From Antedon mediterranea (Eukaryota > Animalia > Echinodermata): DNA of 64,000 nt. Positions 11,783-24,696 of this stretch are shown here, piece after piece (position 1 is the first letter of the stretch; each line of letters starts with the position of its first letter). Both the position numbers and the translations under genes were made by a program. Where the stretch lies: contig NC_092671.1 in the NCBI RefSeq assembly GCF_964355755.1, forward strand, positions 11,842,001-11,906,000. Direction: 5' to 3'. The notes under the pieces were generated by a model that made no database searches, was not told the origin of the DNA, and saw only the letters and a program-made list of their open reading frames with translations.

Positions 11783-13162
11783 TCTATATATAAATTTACG
11801 TAAGGGCAAAATTCGGTAAATCGCGCCTTACTTTTAGAATTTGTACTCGATGGTATATAAAGTTGGTTCGTACTTTCGGTATTGATTTTATCCACCTGAT
11901 GTAACCCTGTTTACTAATTAAATTAAGTTAGATAATTAGTTATTGACAATTAAAACGAATTTAGGTTCAACGATTTGCCCCAAATAGGGGTGTTTTCCGA
12001 TCGTGGTATACACTGTCTAATGGATGTCCATCTTGAAAAATACCCGCCACAAAAATGCGAGGAGGCTTCGCATTTTCCTATCTCCTCCTACGATAATTGT
12101 TTTTAATGGCTGAAAATCGGTTGAACAGCTAGAGTACAGCATCATAATGTTGCTATAAAAATACTATTTTGATAGATTTAATATACGTTTATACAAATGT
12201 ATTGATTTGCGATGAATGGAACATCCCAATCTCTCAGTCTGCCAGAGTTTGGTTTAACACAAGTAGGTAAATTTATGAGCCCTTGGTTTAACACATGCGG
12301 TAGGTAAATATATGGGCCCTTTAAGAATAAACTTGCAATACTTTGACAATACTGTAAATACCTATTAACTATTGTTGGTCCTCATTTGAATCGAACATTC
12401 GGGCTAACATTTCTTTCTGTGAATGTTCATACTGTTAGATTTAATATAAAAATATATACAAATAAACTTTATTACTGAAATTGTGGATAGGCTCTACTGT
12501 TAGATATATAAACACATTATTATATACAAATAAACTTTATACTGACAGTTGTAATATAAAAATATATACAAATAAACTTTATTACTGAGATTGTGGTTAG
12601 GCTCTACTGTTAGATATATAAACACATTAATTACCAATAATATAAACGTCGTAGTGGTGTATCGTTACATGTACTTTAATATTTCAATCGATTATGACAG
12701 TGACAGTTTTAACAAATTATTAAATCGCAAATGTTTTACTGTATTTAGAGGTATATTATTTATAGGCCTATAAAACATGAACAAAATATTTCGTTACTGA
12801 GTGGATAAAGAATATATTTAAAAATTGTTCCTCTTTGTACCTATCCGCTTTCCCATCCCTCAACCCTAATGTTACATACAAAACACAAAGTGGGTTTCTT
12901 TAAATGAGTCCAAATCAAAAAATTGGACTCATTTTGTGATAAGTTTCTCCTTCGGAAGTAATTCCCAGGGTGCTAATTTTAGTTGACTACATAAATCATC
13001 GTGTCTATTTATTCGTTTCTGTAAACGACAATGTATTGTAGTCCTGTGGTACGTACATTTAGTGAAATCGCCAGTTTTGTTACGCTGAAATTACTGTGTA
13101 TTCGAGAACCATCTGTGGACACGACCGAGGTGGTACGCGAGCGAAGCGAGCGTACCATCTAG
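11783..13162 (+). mobile_element. Non-autonomous Helitron (complete)
   Basis: 5' A|TCTATATAT; 3' hairpin TGGTACGC...GCGTACCA then CTAG|T; no TSD; six related copies in the window. Confidence 0.85.
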
Positions 13163-13216
13163 TATATATAATATACATTACATTAATGCATAAATTACAA
13201 ATGCACATTGGCCTAC

Positions 13217-13280
13217 CTGTTGTGTCAATGAAAGTGACAAAAAGTACTGCTAAAAATAGGACAACGTGAATGTTTTCCAT
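13217..13280 (-). CDS. Copy A exon 1: signal peptide of a small secreted Cys-rich protein (MENIHVVLFLAVLFVTFIDTT-G)
   Basis: aaaATGG start context; hydrophobic core VVLFLAVLFVTF; T-T-G small-residue cleavage site; donor ACAG|GTAGGC, phase 1. Confidence 0.8.
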
Positions 13281-14565
13281 TTTCAGTATCCCGGCTTCTT
13301 CAATATTACTCTTCTAATAGTTTGCTTGCTAGACAAAAATTGCAGTTGAGAGTCTCAGCGAAGCACATCCGACAAATGCCAAATCGTTATGAAGACATCG
13401 AAAACAGGCTGTAATATTTTATCGGCCTACTGACTGAGGGGCTGACTATTAATAAAACACCAGGAGAGTTTCTCTTCCATTCGATTGGTTAATTTCATAC
13501 CACGTGCTGTTGAGTATTTTATTTACTTGGATATACATCTTTAAGTCGGTGGAACACTTAAAATATATCCTTCAAAATAACAAATACAAAATAAAAATGG
13601 GAAAAATAATTATGGCGAAAATCAAGATAAACAATACAGTAATAAAATGAATCAAACCATTAACCCACCCCATCCCCCATTTACAATTTAGTTAATACAG
13701 AAATATAGAAATCATTACAAAATCTGCTCGATTTAAACTATACAAAAAGAATTGTTCAATCACAAGTAATGGTGAAGAGGAACAAGATAGACAAACATAA
13801 AATAAAATCAGATAAAATTATATTGAAATTCAATTCAAATTCAAATTTATTCACCTCCCTTATGGGAACATAGTAAAACAGCAAATTGTACAATTTTAAA
13901 AATCACATTTGATTTAAATTTCACACGGTCCAACAAAAAGAAAATCAAAAGGTTTTAAAAAATTAAATAAAGTATCAACATCATTGTGAACAATGGCAGA
14001 CTTCAAACTATCACAAATACCATGATCCACAGATTTACACATTTATAAAAGATTATGACAGTGTGCATTATTAAAAACAATATTACAAACAGAAAAATCG
14101 TTGCTTTGTATATTACGTGATTTTTTTAAACTTTATTTATTCATGAGACTGATGTATATTATATAGCACAGTCCGTTCAATCAACATTGATTGTTTTTAC
14201 AGAAGTTGGTGATATTAAAAAATAGTGATAATTAATAAACATTATATAAATACAAAAAAAAAAGGAAAGAAACATTGCAGCAGAATCACGTCCTTCAGAC
14301 ACCTACTCTATTTAGGGGACACCATACTGGTGCCTACCGCGTAAACGGGACCCTCATCCTCTTTTATAGGGATTTTACATACAAAAATAACTTCACTTTT
14401 ATTTTAAAATAATAAGCTATGCATATATTAAACACTTTATAAATAGCCATACAACATTCGTATTTATTTTGATCAGATAAAGGTGACCAATTAATTGGTC
14501 TTAAGGCATCATTACTACGTGTGTCCCATGTTAGACAACACAATTCGAGATGTCAGTTACTACTA

Positions 14566-14615
14566 CCGTAAAACCTTGAAAAGAAGCCCATGGGCTTCTT
14601 TTCGAGGTTTTACGG
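14566..14615. mobile_element. 50-bp palindromic mini-MITE (pogo/Tc1-mariner type)
   Basis: TA-CCGTAAAACCTTGAAAAGAAGCCCA|TGGGCTTCTTTTCGAGGTTTTACGG-TA. Confidence 0.65.
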
Positions 14616-15384
14616 TATTTCCCCAAATAATATTACAGTAACTCAAGTGAGGTACTACATTACAGTTTGCAATATTTCTTTTTATTTTTTTATTTTTGTG
14701 GATAATAATATTTACATCGTCTGAGCATACCCACCCAGTCCTTTTAGAGCTTTACCGCGAATTATTCAATTTGATTTCTCCATGATAAATTTTCGATAAA
14801 TATATATTTTAATGATGAATTGTATAATTTATATTTATTGATCTACATCTGTAAGTCAAATAAGAAACATATAAAAAAGAAATATAAAAAGAAATATATG
14901 TATATTATATATTATTTAATTAATTTTCAGAATTTCACCCGGGCGGTTCAAAAGTAATGTTTGGCGCCTGTGGTGTTATATACTGTAAATGCAAACTTCT
15001 AAGTTTCCTACTAATAATTAAACATTTTATTTCTAATACTATGATTAAACGTATCAGTACCACGTTGTTTAATCCACTTGAATCAACACATTCTGTAAAT
15101 CCTTTGTAGTTTATTGAATGTTCATTCAAAATCCAGTTTAAATACTTCATACTATTATACTATAGTATGACGACCTCTTTCTATTCGTCCAATAGCAGCA
15201 ACAAAAGCCACAGCAATCATAAAGCAGATTGATTTGTACACATGCGCAACCGGTCGTAATGTATTGTTTTGTACTTAATGAATGAACATAAATGGGACAA
15301 GGTGAATAAACTGGAATCTAACTACTATTACACGTGATTAGTTTTAATTACTTAAAAAATAAAATGTGTGCTATACAACACTTA

Positions 15385-17657
15385 TGACAGTGCTAAATAA
15401 GACAGTTGAAGAAGTCCCGAAGAAAACAAGAAACCAAAATGCTCATCCCTAGGATGGTGATGAAAGACTACAACAGCTTATAAAAGAAAGAAAGAATATT
15501 AACAAAAGCACAGTTACCTACAAAGAAGAGGAGATCAAGGCTATGCAGAAAGCAATTAAGATAAGGGTGAAGGAACTACGGAATGAATATTTGTATGAAG
15601 AAGCAAGCAAGTTAAATGAAGCCCACCAAAATAGAAAAATATTTGATTTATGGAGAAAAGCTAAGGAGCACGGTGATGTTATAAGAAAAGCACCAAAGCC
15701 TATAAAATGTCCTGGATTACGTGAACACTTTAAAGATCACTTTAATCCAGACCAATCTAGCCTTAAAATCCCAGATGAAATTAGCACACCTCCAGAATAT
15801 ATTATCAACCTGAGACAACCAGAATTTGAGATAGACAATGAACCTCCGTCCAAGAAAGAAATTATTGATGCAATCGGACATCTAAAAGGTCGCAAAGCTA
15901 CCCTAGATGTCGCTTCTGAAATGTTGCAAGTCGCCACAGAGAACCCAGTATTCGTCGACCATGTACATAGACTGTTTGAGGAAATTTGGAGAACGAAAGA
16001 AGTACCAAGTGATTGGGGACTGTCCAAATTAACAACCATTTGGAAAAAAAAGGCAGTCCACTTGATCCATCAATGTATAGAGGAATATCGATTGGGTCTA
16101 CATTTTCAAAGATACTTATGGTTATCATTCTTTCACGTTTTTCCATCTTTTATGAAAGTCAACTTCTACGCACACAGTTTGGATTCAGGTCCAACAGAGG
16201 TTGCAATGATGCTATATATGTAATCAAGCAGATCCAGGAAATTGCGTATCGCTCAAATCGCAAACTCTATACATGCTTCATTGATTTAACAGCAGCATTC
16301 GACCATGTGAATCGTAATCTTCTTTTCCTAAGCGTTCGTAATAGGTTTCACTTAAACCAGTCTACTACTATGATTGACATTATACAATCACTGTACAGCT
16401 CAACGAAAGCATACCTTGCTGAAGACGATCCGAGTGATGATAAGTTCGAAACATCTTCTGGGGTGCGACAGGGTGGTATTGAGAGTACCAGCATGTTTAA
16501 CCAATATTTTGATTACGTTATTAGAGTGTTCAAACAACGCTGTAAAGATGCTAGTTTGGATGGCCTAATGATACAATACCTAATTCCTATTGAAGCTACA
16601 AATCGTGCTCAAAGATGTAAAGCACCATCAAGGGGCATCTATGACGACTTTGAAAGTGGCTATGCTGACGACTTTGCTGTAAGCTCCTGGTCACAAGAAG
16701 AACTGCAAACCATTGTGAACATCTTGAATAAAGTTTGTCTGGAATTTGGTCTAAGAATTAGTGCCCCCAAAACAGAAACCATTATATGGAACTGGAAAGA
16801 GGAAGTTGAAGAATACCCAAGATGCATCATACAAATTGGCGGCGTACACATTAACAACGTAACACACTTTAGATACCTTGGTGTATGGGCTACCTACAAT
16901 GATGGTCATATTGGAGATCAAGAAGTAAAATACAGAATCAATTCAGCCAAAGGAGCATTTGCAGAGAATAGGGCATTGCTTACCAACAGAACGATCCACC
17001 TACAAACAAGAATGATGTTTCTTAATGGTCTAGTTAGGAGTAGACTCACCTATGGTTGCCATGCTTGGAGGGCAACAGGAAGTGAAATGTCCAAACTTAG
17101 CACAACATACAAAACCTTCCTAAGAAGAATGCTAGTGAATGGCTTTCAAAGAGTCTGCCCACCAAACCATGTAGACATATCCTCAGATGAAGAAACAGAT
17201 GAAAACTATATAGACTGGCGTTACGTAATTGATAATGACGATCTCTACAAAATTACTGGCTGTCAACCGCTAGAAGAATATGTCTACAAGCAACAATTCA
17301 ACTGGATCGGACATGTAATTAGAAAAGAAAATGAAGATCCTACAAAAATTCTTACTTTTCACACAACACAAAGTAAACGAAGAGGTCGGAAGATACCATC
17401 AGTACTTGATAGAGTTGTACAACAAAGTCAACTTACTAGATGCAACTTCATTAGAGCCTGCTTCAACAGAAATTTATAATTCCCAGCAATGTTTTAACTG
17501 TATATATGAAGTTGTTTTGTGACTGTGTAATTTGGTAGTAGTCACTCTCATACTGTAGGCCTACATTTAAAAGTAACACATCCAAATGCCAACTTCAAGT
17601 CAATGGCTACCAGATGTCTCTGTGAGACGGTTATTTGAACCAGTACCAGTACCAGTA
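15385..17657 (+). mobile_element. 5'-truncated RTE-clade non-LTR retrotransposon (RT; ORFs 15543-16223 and 16013-17479)
   Basis: YRGISIGS, QFGFR, FIDLTAAFD, GVRQG, YADD, FRYLG and C-terminal WIGHVIR; frameshift in an A run near 16045; (CCAGTA)3 tail at 17640-17657. Confidence 0.85.
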
Positions 17658-18117
17658 TAACAACAATTTACTTACTAACGACATCTAAGGATTATCACGG
17701 AATATAATTTATATATGATTTTTTACTGTAAACAATTTAACGTATCGTTGCCAACTGCGTCCGCACTATTTAGATAATTCATCTATCTTTTTAAACCACC
17801 AGTCAGCCTACCAAAATGCTAATTACAAATTAGCATAACACAGCAAGTGCTATGTTTATGTCTTCCTTATATTGCCACTCATTTTGTTTCGATCATAATG
17901 ACGTGAGAGGTTGAACTGTGATGCTAGGAATTTGTGCAGTAACAATTATAAATTAGATTTAAACGAGTTAGACGAGTTATATCCGCACAATAAAGCCTGT
18001 ATTACGTATGCTAATTACAATTTAGCATAATAGAGCAAGTGCTCGACATGCCAGTCGTAATGTGCAATCTTCACTTTTATAACGATGCATGTCATCCCCG
18101 ATGCTATATTGCTATTC

Positions 18118-18233
18118 TTTTTAGTCGCGTGCAACGCGATTCTACAGCTCACTTTGTCGGTCGGTTGGTCGGTTGGTTAGTCGGTAAACACTAACTTGAG
18201 CACGCGACTGCAGCCATGTATATGGCCTTGTTT
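18118..18233 (+). mobile_element. DINE-1/Helentron-like short element; related copy at about 48560-48652
   Basis: TTTTAGTCGCGTGCAACGCGA(T/C)T hairpin, GGTC/GGTT microsatellite, end TATATGGCCTTG; T-rich target. Confidence 0.55.
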
Positions 18234-18944
18234 TGTTTCGTTCGTAGTCAATGGGTCTTCAGAAACGAGAGAGTAAATCGTTGATATTACAATTTCTGAA
18301 TAAATATGTGATGACATCACAAATTAAAGTTGGCATGCAATAGAACGATATTTAACTACGACAAAGTAAATATAAATATTTGGTGATATAAAAAAAAGAA
18401 AGAGTAAAGCATTGATATTACAACTTCTGAATAAATATGTGATGAAATCACAAATTAAAGTTGGCATGCAATAGAACGATATTTAACTAAGACAATGTAA
18501 AAGTGCTCAGAGTATGTTATTTTAATTTAACAAGTGACAAACCTTCTTGATTCTTGATATTCACATACATAATTATATTGTGGCCTATAAACAGGCTATT
18601 ACAATTAATGTTACAAAATTATACACAAATGTCAACCTATCTATTGATAAATGTACAAGATAATTATTTACCTGTTCTTACAATTTCAATATATTGTTAT
18701 TAATGTAAACATCCTCTTCTGTTAGCTGTACTGCGCGTGTGCGTAAGAAATAAATAATACTAAATATAGCCTTTTAATAAACGTAGAAAATAAATTAACT
18801 TTATATAGGTATAATCAATAGTTTGTGACATTATGTCAAAATCAAACAATAAAGTAGATGCATGCATGTACCTGCCAACTCTCACGCATAGAGCATGAAT
18901 ATTTTAATAATGTTATATATAGGCCTATATATAAATATAAACAA

Positions 18945-21900
18945 ATGGAAATGATAAAATGTAATACAAGAAGAACATCAATGTTGTATTCTGGTAAACT
19001 AAATAAAACAATTAAAAAAGACGTGGATCGATTAAACAATGAAATCAAAACCTTAGAAGAGCAATATTGCGTAAACAGTATGAAAAAATAACCGAAATGA
19101 TCCAAATTAAAAGAAACGAACTAGAATCAATCTATGACATTAGAACACGTGGCTCACTGATTTGATCCAAAGCCCGTTGGATAGAAGAAGGAGAAAAAAG
19201 CACGAAATATTTTCTTAATTTAGAGAGGAGGAATTATAATAAAAAGCATATAACTAAACTTACAACAGATAATGGAGACATAAGTAACCCCGACGATATA
19301 ATAAATGAAGAAAAACGATTCTATGAATCATTATATAGTTTTAAGGCGAAATAACAATGTCAACCCTGCTGATATTTTTGACACGATACACATAGATAAA
19401 ATCAATAAAGATGATGAATTTATATGTGACCAGCCCCTTAGAGATACTGAATGTTTAGAAGCATTAAAAACGATGGATAACAATAAAACCCCTGGGACAG
19501 ATGGTTTTCCTGCCGAGTTTTATAAACTATTTTGGTATGATATAAAAGATACGCTAATTAACGCTTACCATTATTTTTTCCAATCCGGGTTTTTAAGTAT
19601 CTCCCAGAAACGAGGGGTGATATCACTTATACCGAAAAAAGATAAATCTCCGCTATTATTGAAAAACTGGCGTCCTATCTCGCTTTTAAATGTAGATTAT
19701 AAAATCGTAGCAAAAGCCATTGCGACTCGTTTAAAAAGTGTGCTGCCATCAGTAATTAATCCTGATCAAACGGGCTTTCTTAAAGGCAGATATATTGGGG
19801 AAAACATGAGATTAGTCTATGATGTAATAGAATATGCAGAAATGCATAACAAGCCAAACTTACTGTTTTTTGTAGATTTCGAAAAGGCTTTCGATAAGGT
19901 GAAATGGGACTTCCTTGATATGTCTCTTAAGAGATTTGGTTTTGGTAAAAATATGATAAATTGGATAAATATATTATATAAAGACATTGTTAGTTGTGTT
20001 ATAAATAACGGGATAACCTCAACATTCTTTAATTTAAAACGAGGCCTACGTCAAGGATGTCCTTTATCCCCATATCTTTTTATAATTTGTGCAGAAACAC
20101 TAGGTAACATGGTACGTCAATCAGACACATTTAAAGGTATAGAGTACAATAATGTAGACATAAGAATTAGTCAATTTGCAAATGACACTGTGTTTTTTCT
20201 CAAGGACCAAAACTCAATTAAACCAATTATAGACATACTTGATGAATTTTCTATATATTCTGGACTCAGAATTAATTATGAAAAAAGTAACATTATGAGA
20301 ATAGGATCGTTAAGAAACTGCGACTATAAAACGCCATCTGAGAAAAGTATTTCATAGACCAAAGGCCGAGTAAAATACTTGGGTGTTAATATTTCTTGTA
20401 ATTTTATTGATATTTTCAGATAAAGCTAAGGATGCTGAACAATTATTAAATATTTGGAAACAACGCTCGCTTACTTTATTTGGAAAAGCAACTATTATTA
20501 AGTCACGGTTTCTCCCGATATTCACGTATGTTTTCTCAAATTTACCTGACCCACCCGATTGTTTCCTTCAAGATATTCAAAGTAAAATATTTAAATTTAT
20601 ATGGAACGGAAAACCCGATAAAGTCAAAAGAAAAGTCATCCTTAACCATTTTGACGAAGGAGGGTTAAACATTCCCCATATTAAGAGTTACTGTACATCT
20701 CTCAAATCATGTTGGGTGAAAAGATATCTTGATGGAAATCAATCCAAGTGGAAAGTGTTTTTAAAAAGTAAGATTAAAGAGGTTGGAGGAAATATTGTTT
20801 TCGAAACCAACTTTTCTAAATCTTCAAAAATATTAAAACAATTTGAAAGGTTCCATAAAGATATACTCTCTGCGTGGAGTGAATACAATTTTGTAGAACC
20901 GTATACGATAGAGGACATCTTAAATCAATCTTTATGGAACAACTCATGTTTTGATAAAAGAGAATTTAAAGTTGAAAAAAATTGGTTGGTTAAAAATGTA
21001 AACTATGTAAAAGATATCGTGAACAAAGAAGGGAAAATATTAGAACTAGACGAATTTAACCATAAATATAATTTTAAACCAAACTTCTTATTATATCACC
21101 AGATTGTAAATTCAATTCTAAAGCTCTGGAAACAGAAATTAATTGAACAAGGTGTAGACACAACTAATGAAGTTGAATCTAAATTACAGACATTTATTTC
21201 TTTGAAAACGAGAAATTGTCATTATATCTATAAACACATTATATTAAAAAATGTTGAAGAGCCAATTGGAATTGAATCCAAATGGGAAAAGGAGTTTGAC
21301 AACAAACTTGATTGGAAAAACCTTTTCTCAAATTGACACGACTGTACAAATGACACCAAGCTCAAAAACGTTCAATTTAAATTTATTCATCGTATAATTT
21401 ATACAAATACAATGCTCTTTAAGATGTCAAAGGTCGATTCACCAATGTGTAGTTTTTGCAAGGAAAGGCAGGAAACACTGCTACATATGTTCTTTGAATG
21501 TGATCTAGTAAAGAAAATATGGGAAAATGTAAAACAATATATGTAGGCCTATCGAAATATCAACAATAACTTAATTATCACCAAAGAAAGTATATGTTTG
21601 TAACCTTGACGTCACGTGCGGTTCTGGGAGTCAAAACGAATTAAACGCGTTCACAAAGGTATAGATATAAATAATGTTTATTCAACACGGCAATGAAACG
21701 AACGATTTGACAAATTGGTAAAACGATTGGTTGAATGGTCGAACAATTGGTTGAGCACACAATGGATAGATGTTGAACGAACACACAGCAGTGGAACGAA
21801 CGATAGATCGAACGGTTTAAACTGTAAATTAATGGATAATTAAAGCCGTCATTGTAATTAAATAATCAATTGGTATAACAATTGGAACATCTAAGCTAAA

Positions 21901-22664
21901 TAGCTCAACAATCATATTAAACTAGATTTATAGAAAATGATCGATTCATCATTACTGTATTACCATTACTTCAATTTAACAGTAGGCCTAGCCTAGGCCT
22001 AGATTATAGTATAATTGAGTCAGTAATTTGTAATTATCTAGTAGGCTACAGTTAAATGATACAAAAGATTATATTATCTAAATATAAAGCATCATAAACT
22101 TACATCTGTTTCTTCACCAGAACCTATAGATTACAGTACATATTTTTAACTATCAGTGTATTTATCTAGGCTATGAACTATCCCAAAGAACAACTCTGAG
22201 AAAATCTGCCCGTTACTATGGCAATCTGACCTTACTAGGAGAAAAGTCACCTCTTGCTCACCAAACATGAAATAGAGGGCGACATTATACTATTCAAAGT
22301 TAACAATGTTTTGGGTTTGGAAAAACACACAGTGATGCAAACATTCTAATTTTAATTACAAAGTGGTACATATTTAGTTGCAAAATCAAAGAACAATTAC
22401 TTAATTTTAATCACTTAGGGCCTAATGCACATTTACCAAAAATACAAGGCAACCATATTATTATTTACAAAATGATTTTTATAAAGTGTATTTTTGCGAT
22501 ACATTATTTTTTTTTTCTTTTAATTCATTACTCTCTTATTTTTGAGAGAGTATTATATCGTGTTTCTTATTTGTTTAATAGTTACGTTACCTTTATCTAT
22601 TAATTTTGTATTATGTAGGCCTATGTGTTGAAATGAAATAAAAAATAAATAAATAAAAAAAAAA
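18945..22664 (+). mobile_element. 5'-truncated Tx1/L1-clade LINE with decayed ORF2 and poly(A) tail
   Basis: KTPGTDG, NWRPISLLNVDYKI, QTGF, DFEKAFD, GLRQGCPLSP, QFAND; CSFC-x7-H-x4-C knuckle near 21450-21500; A-rich tail; possible TSD TATAAACAA. Confidence 0.9.
21599..22305 (-). mobile_element. Solo LTR (707 bp) inserted in the Tx1/L1 ORF2
   Basis: TG...CA termini with a short inverted repeat; 5-bp TSD ATGTT; removal restores ...KESICFGFGKTHSDANILILITKWYIFSCK; minus-strand AATAAA near 21678. Confidence 0.8.
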
Positions 22665-23084
22665 TTTATAAACAATTTATTACATTAACCTAAGCTTATT
22701 TTCATAAAAATTTGAAATTAACGTTTATCCATGGGAACAGGCGTAAGGGCACAAGGCACAACAATTGTCACAAGTGACTGAAAGAAAACTATAGTTGAGA
22801 ACAAGTGTTAAACGGGATCGTACATTTTTGTTGTATATTGTTAAGTTTATCCTATTCTTTATCACTGTGCTCAAGTATACCAAAATGACTATAGTTGAGA
22901 ACAGTGTTAAACGGGATCGTACATTAATTTTATTTGTTGTATATTGTTAAGTTTATCCTATTCTTTATCAATGTTCTCAAGTATACCAAAATGACTATAG
23001 TTTGAGGAAATGGACGAACCCATTTGCTATGGCTTCTCTTAAATCTTAATAGGCCTACAGTAAATACATTCGATAGTCAAATTC

Positions 23085-24696
23085 TATGGGCGGCCATTAG
23101 GGCCAAAATAGACAAACGTTGCCGTACGAACAATTCCGCTCCCGTAAGGCAAACTAATGGCGTTAAAGACATAATTCCTCGAGTGACAACAAATATTGCC
23201 GTACGGACACACACACACATTGCCATATGAACAAATTGCCGTATGGTTAAATTGGCGTAAGGACAAAAATTGGCGTAAGGACAAAAATTGCCGTAAAGGA
23301 CAAAATTGCCGTAAGGACAAAAATTGCCGTAAGGACAAAAATTGGCGTACAGTCTAACTAAATATAAACGTTGAGGGCAGCATAGTATTTTAAAACCACG
23401 TGACTGAAACCACTCTGTGTCCAGTCCTGCTGGGGATTAAAAACATAATCGATCATTGAAGGCCTGTGTCAAGCCATGTCTTACTTATGGTTTTTATGGT
23501 ATTAGAAAATAAATATTTGTGAGAAAACGGCGGATTGCTCCTGGGAGTCACTTTGGTGGGATTATACTAGGGTACCTCCTTAGTCGTCCAGTATAAGTTA
23601 GAGTAGGACCGCTGGTCCCGTTTTTACTCGGCATTTATCTTTTAAATCTGAGTGTAATAACTCAATTACGTTTTTTTTTATATATAGTGAAATTTGATAC
23701 TGTATTTGTGAGAAAACGGCGGATTGCTCCTGGGAGTCACTTTGGTGGGATTATACTAGGGTACCTCTTTAGTCGTCCAGTAAAAGTTAGAGTAAGACCA
23801 CTGGTCCTGTTTACTCAACCCTCATCTTTTAAATCTGAGTGTAACTCAATTACGATTTTTAATATTATAGTGAAATTTGATACTGTATTTGAGAACAGTG
23901 TTAAACTACATCGTACATTAATGTTATTTGTTATATTGTTAACTGTATTCTTTGTTCTTAATAATTGTACTAAATTATTAAGAAAGAAACAGTAGTAAGC
24001 ATAACATTTCCCCACTCCTACATTAGCATGGTAGGACATAATGTAATGGTCGCAGGTGGCTCAACTTTATTTATTACTGCAATGGGATGGACATGGTCCT
24101 ACTACCACCTTACCATCCAATAGGATTCCAGTAAATTTCCTTTAGGGCCTACTACCATGCCAATCAGAATTCAGTCCCCTTAAGTTAACAAGGAAATCAG
24201 CCTATCCGAATATACCAGTAGACTTCGTCGTACAGTCGTACTGTGGTAATAGTTGAGAATTCTCAATAGTCAATTTGGTATATTTTATATACCTGGCAGG
24301 ACTGGACACAGAGTGGTTTCAGTCACGTGGTTTTAAAATACTATCCTCAACGTTTATATTTATTTAAACTGTACGCCAATTTGTCCTTACGCCAATTTTT
24401 GTCCTTTCGGCAATTTTGTCCTTTCGGCAATTTTTGTCTTTACGGCAATTTTTGTCCTTACGCCAATTTGTGTCCTTACGCCAATTTTTGTCCTTACGCC
24501 AATTTAACCATACGGCAATTTGTTCATATGGCAATGTGTTTGTGTGTCCGTACGGCAATATTTGTTTGTCACTCGAGGAATTATGTCTTTAACGCCATTA
24601 GTTTGCCTTACGGGAGCGGAATTGTTCGTACGGCAACGTTTGTCTATTTTGGCCCTAATGGCCGGCCATATATTTTGGCCCTAATGGCCGCCCATA
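23085..24696. mobile_element. Second family of TATGG-terminated long-TIR element with about 19-bp tandem repeats
   Basis: TATGGGCGGCCATTAGGGCC...GGCCCTAATGGCCGCCCATA; arms about 345-400 bp with AATTGCCGTAAGGACAAAA repeats; no clean TSD; internal tandem duplication at about 23515-23890. Confidence 0.8.
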
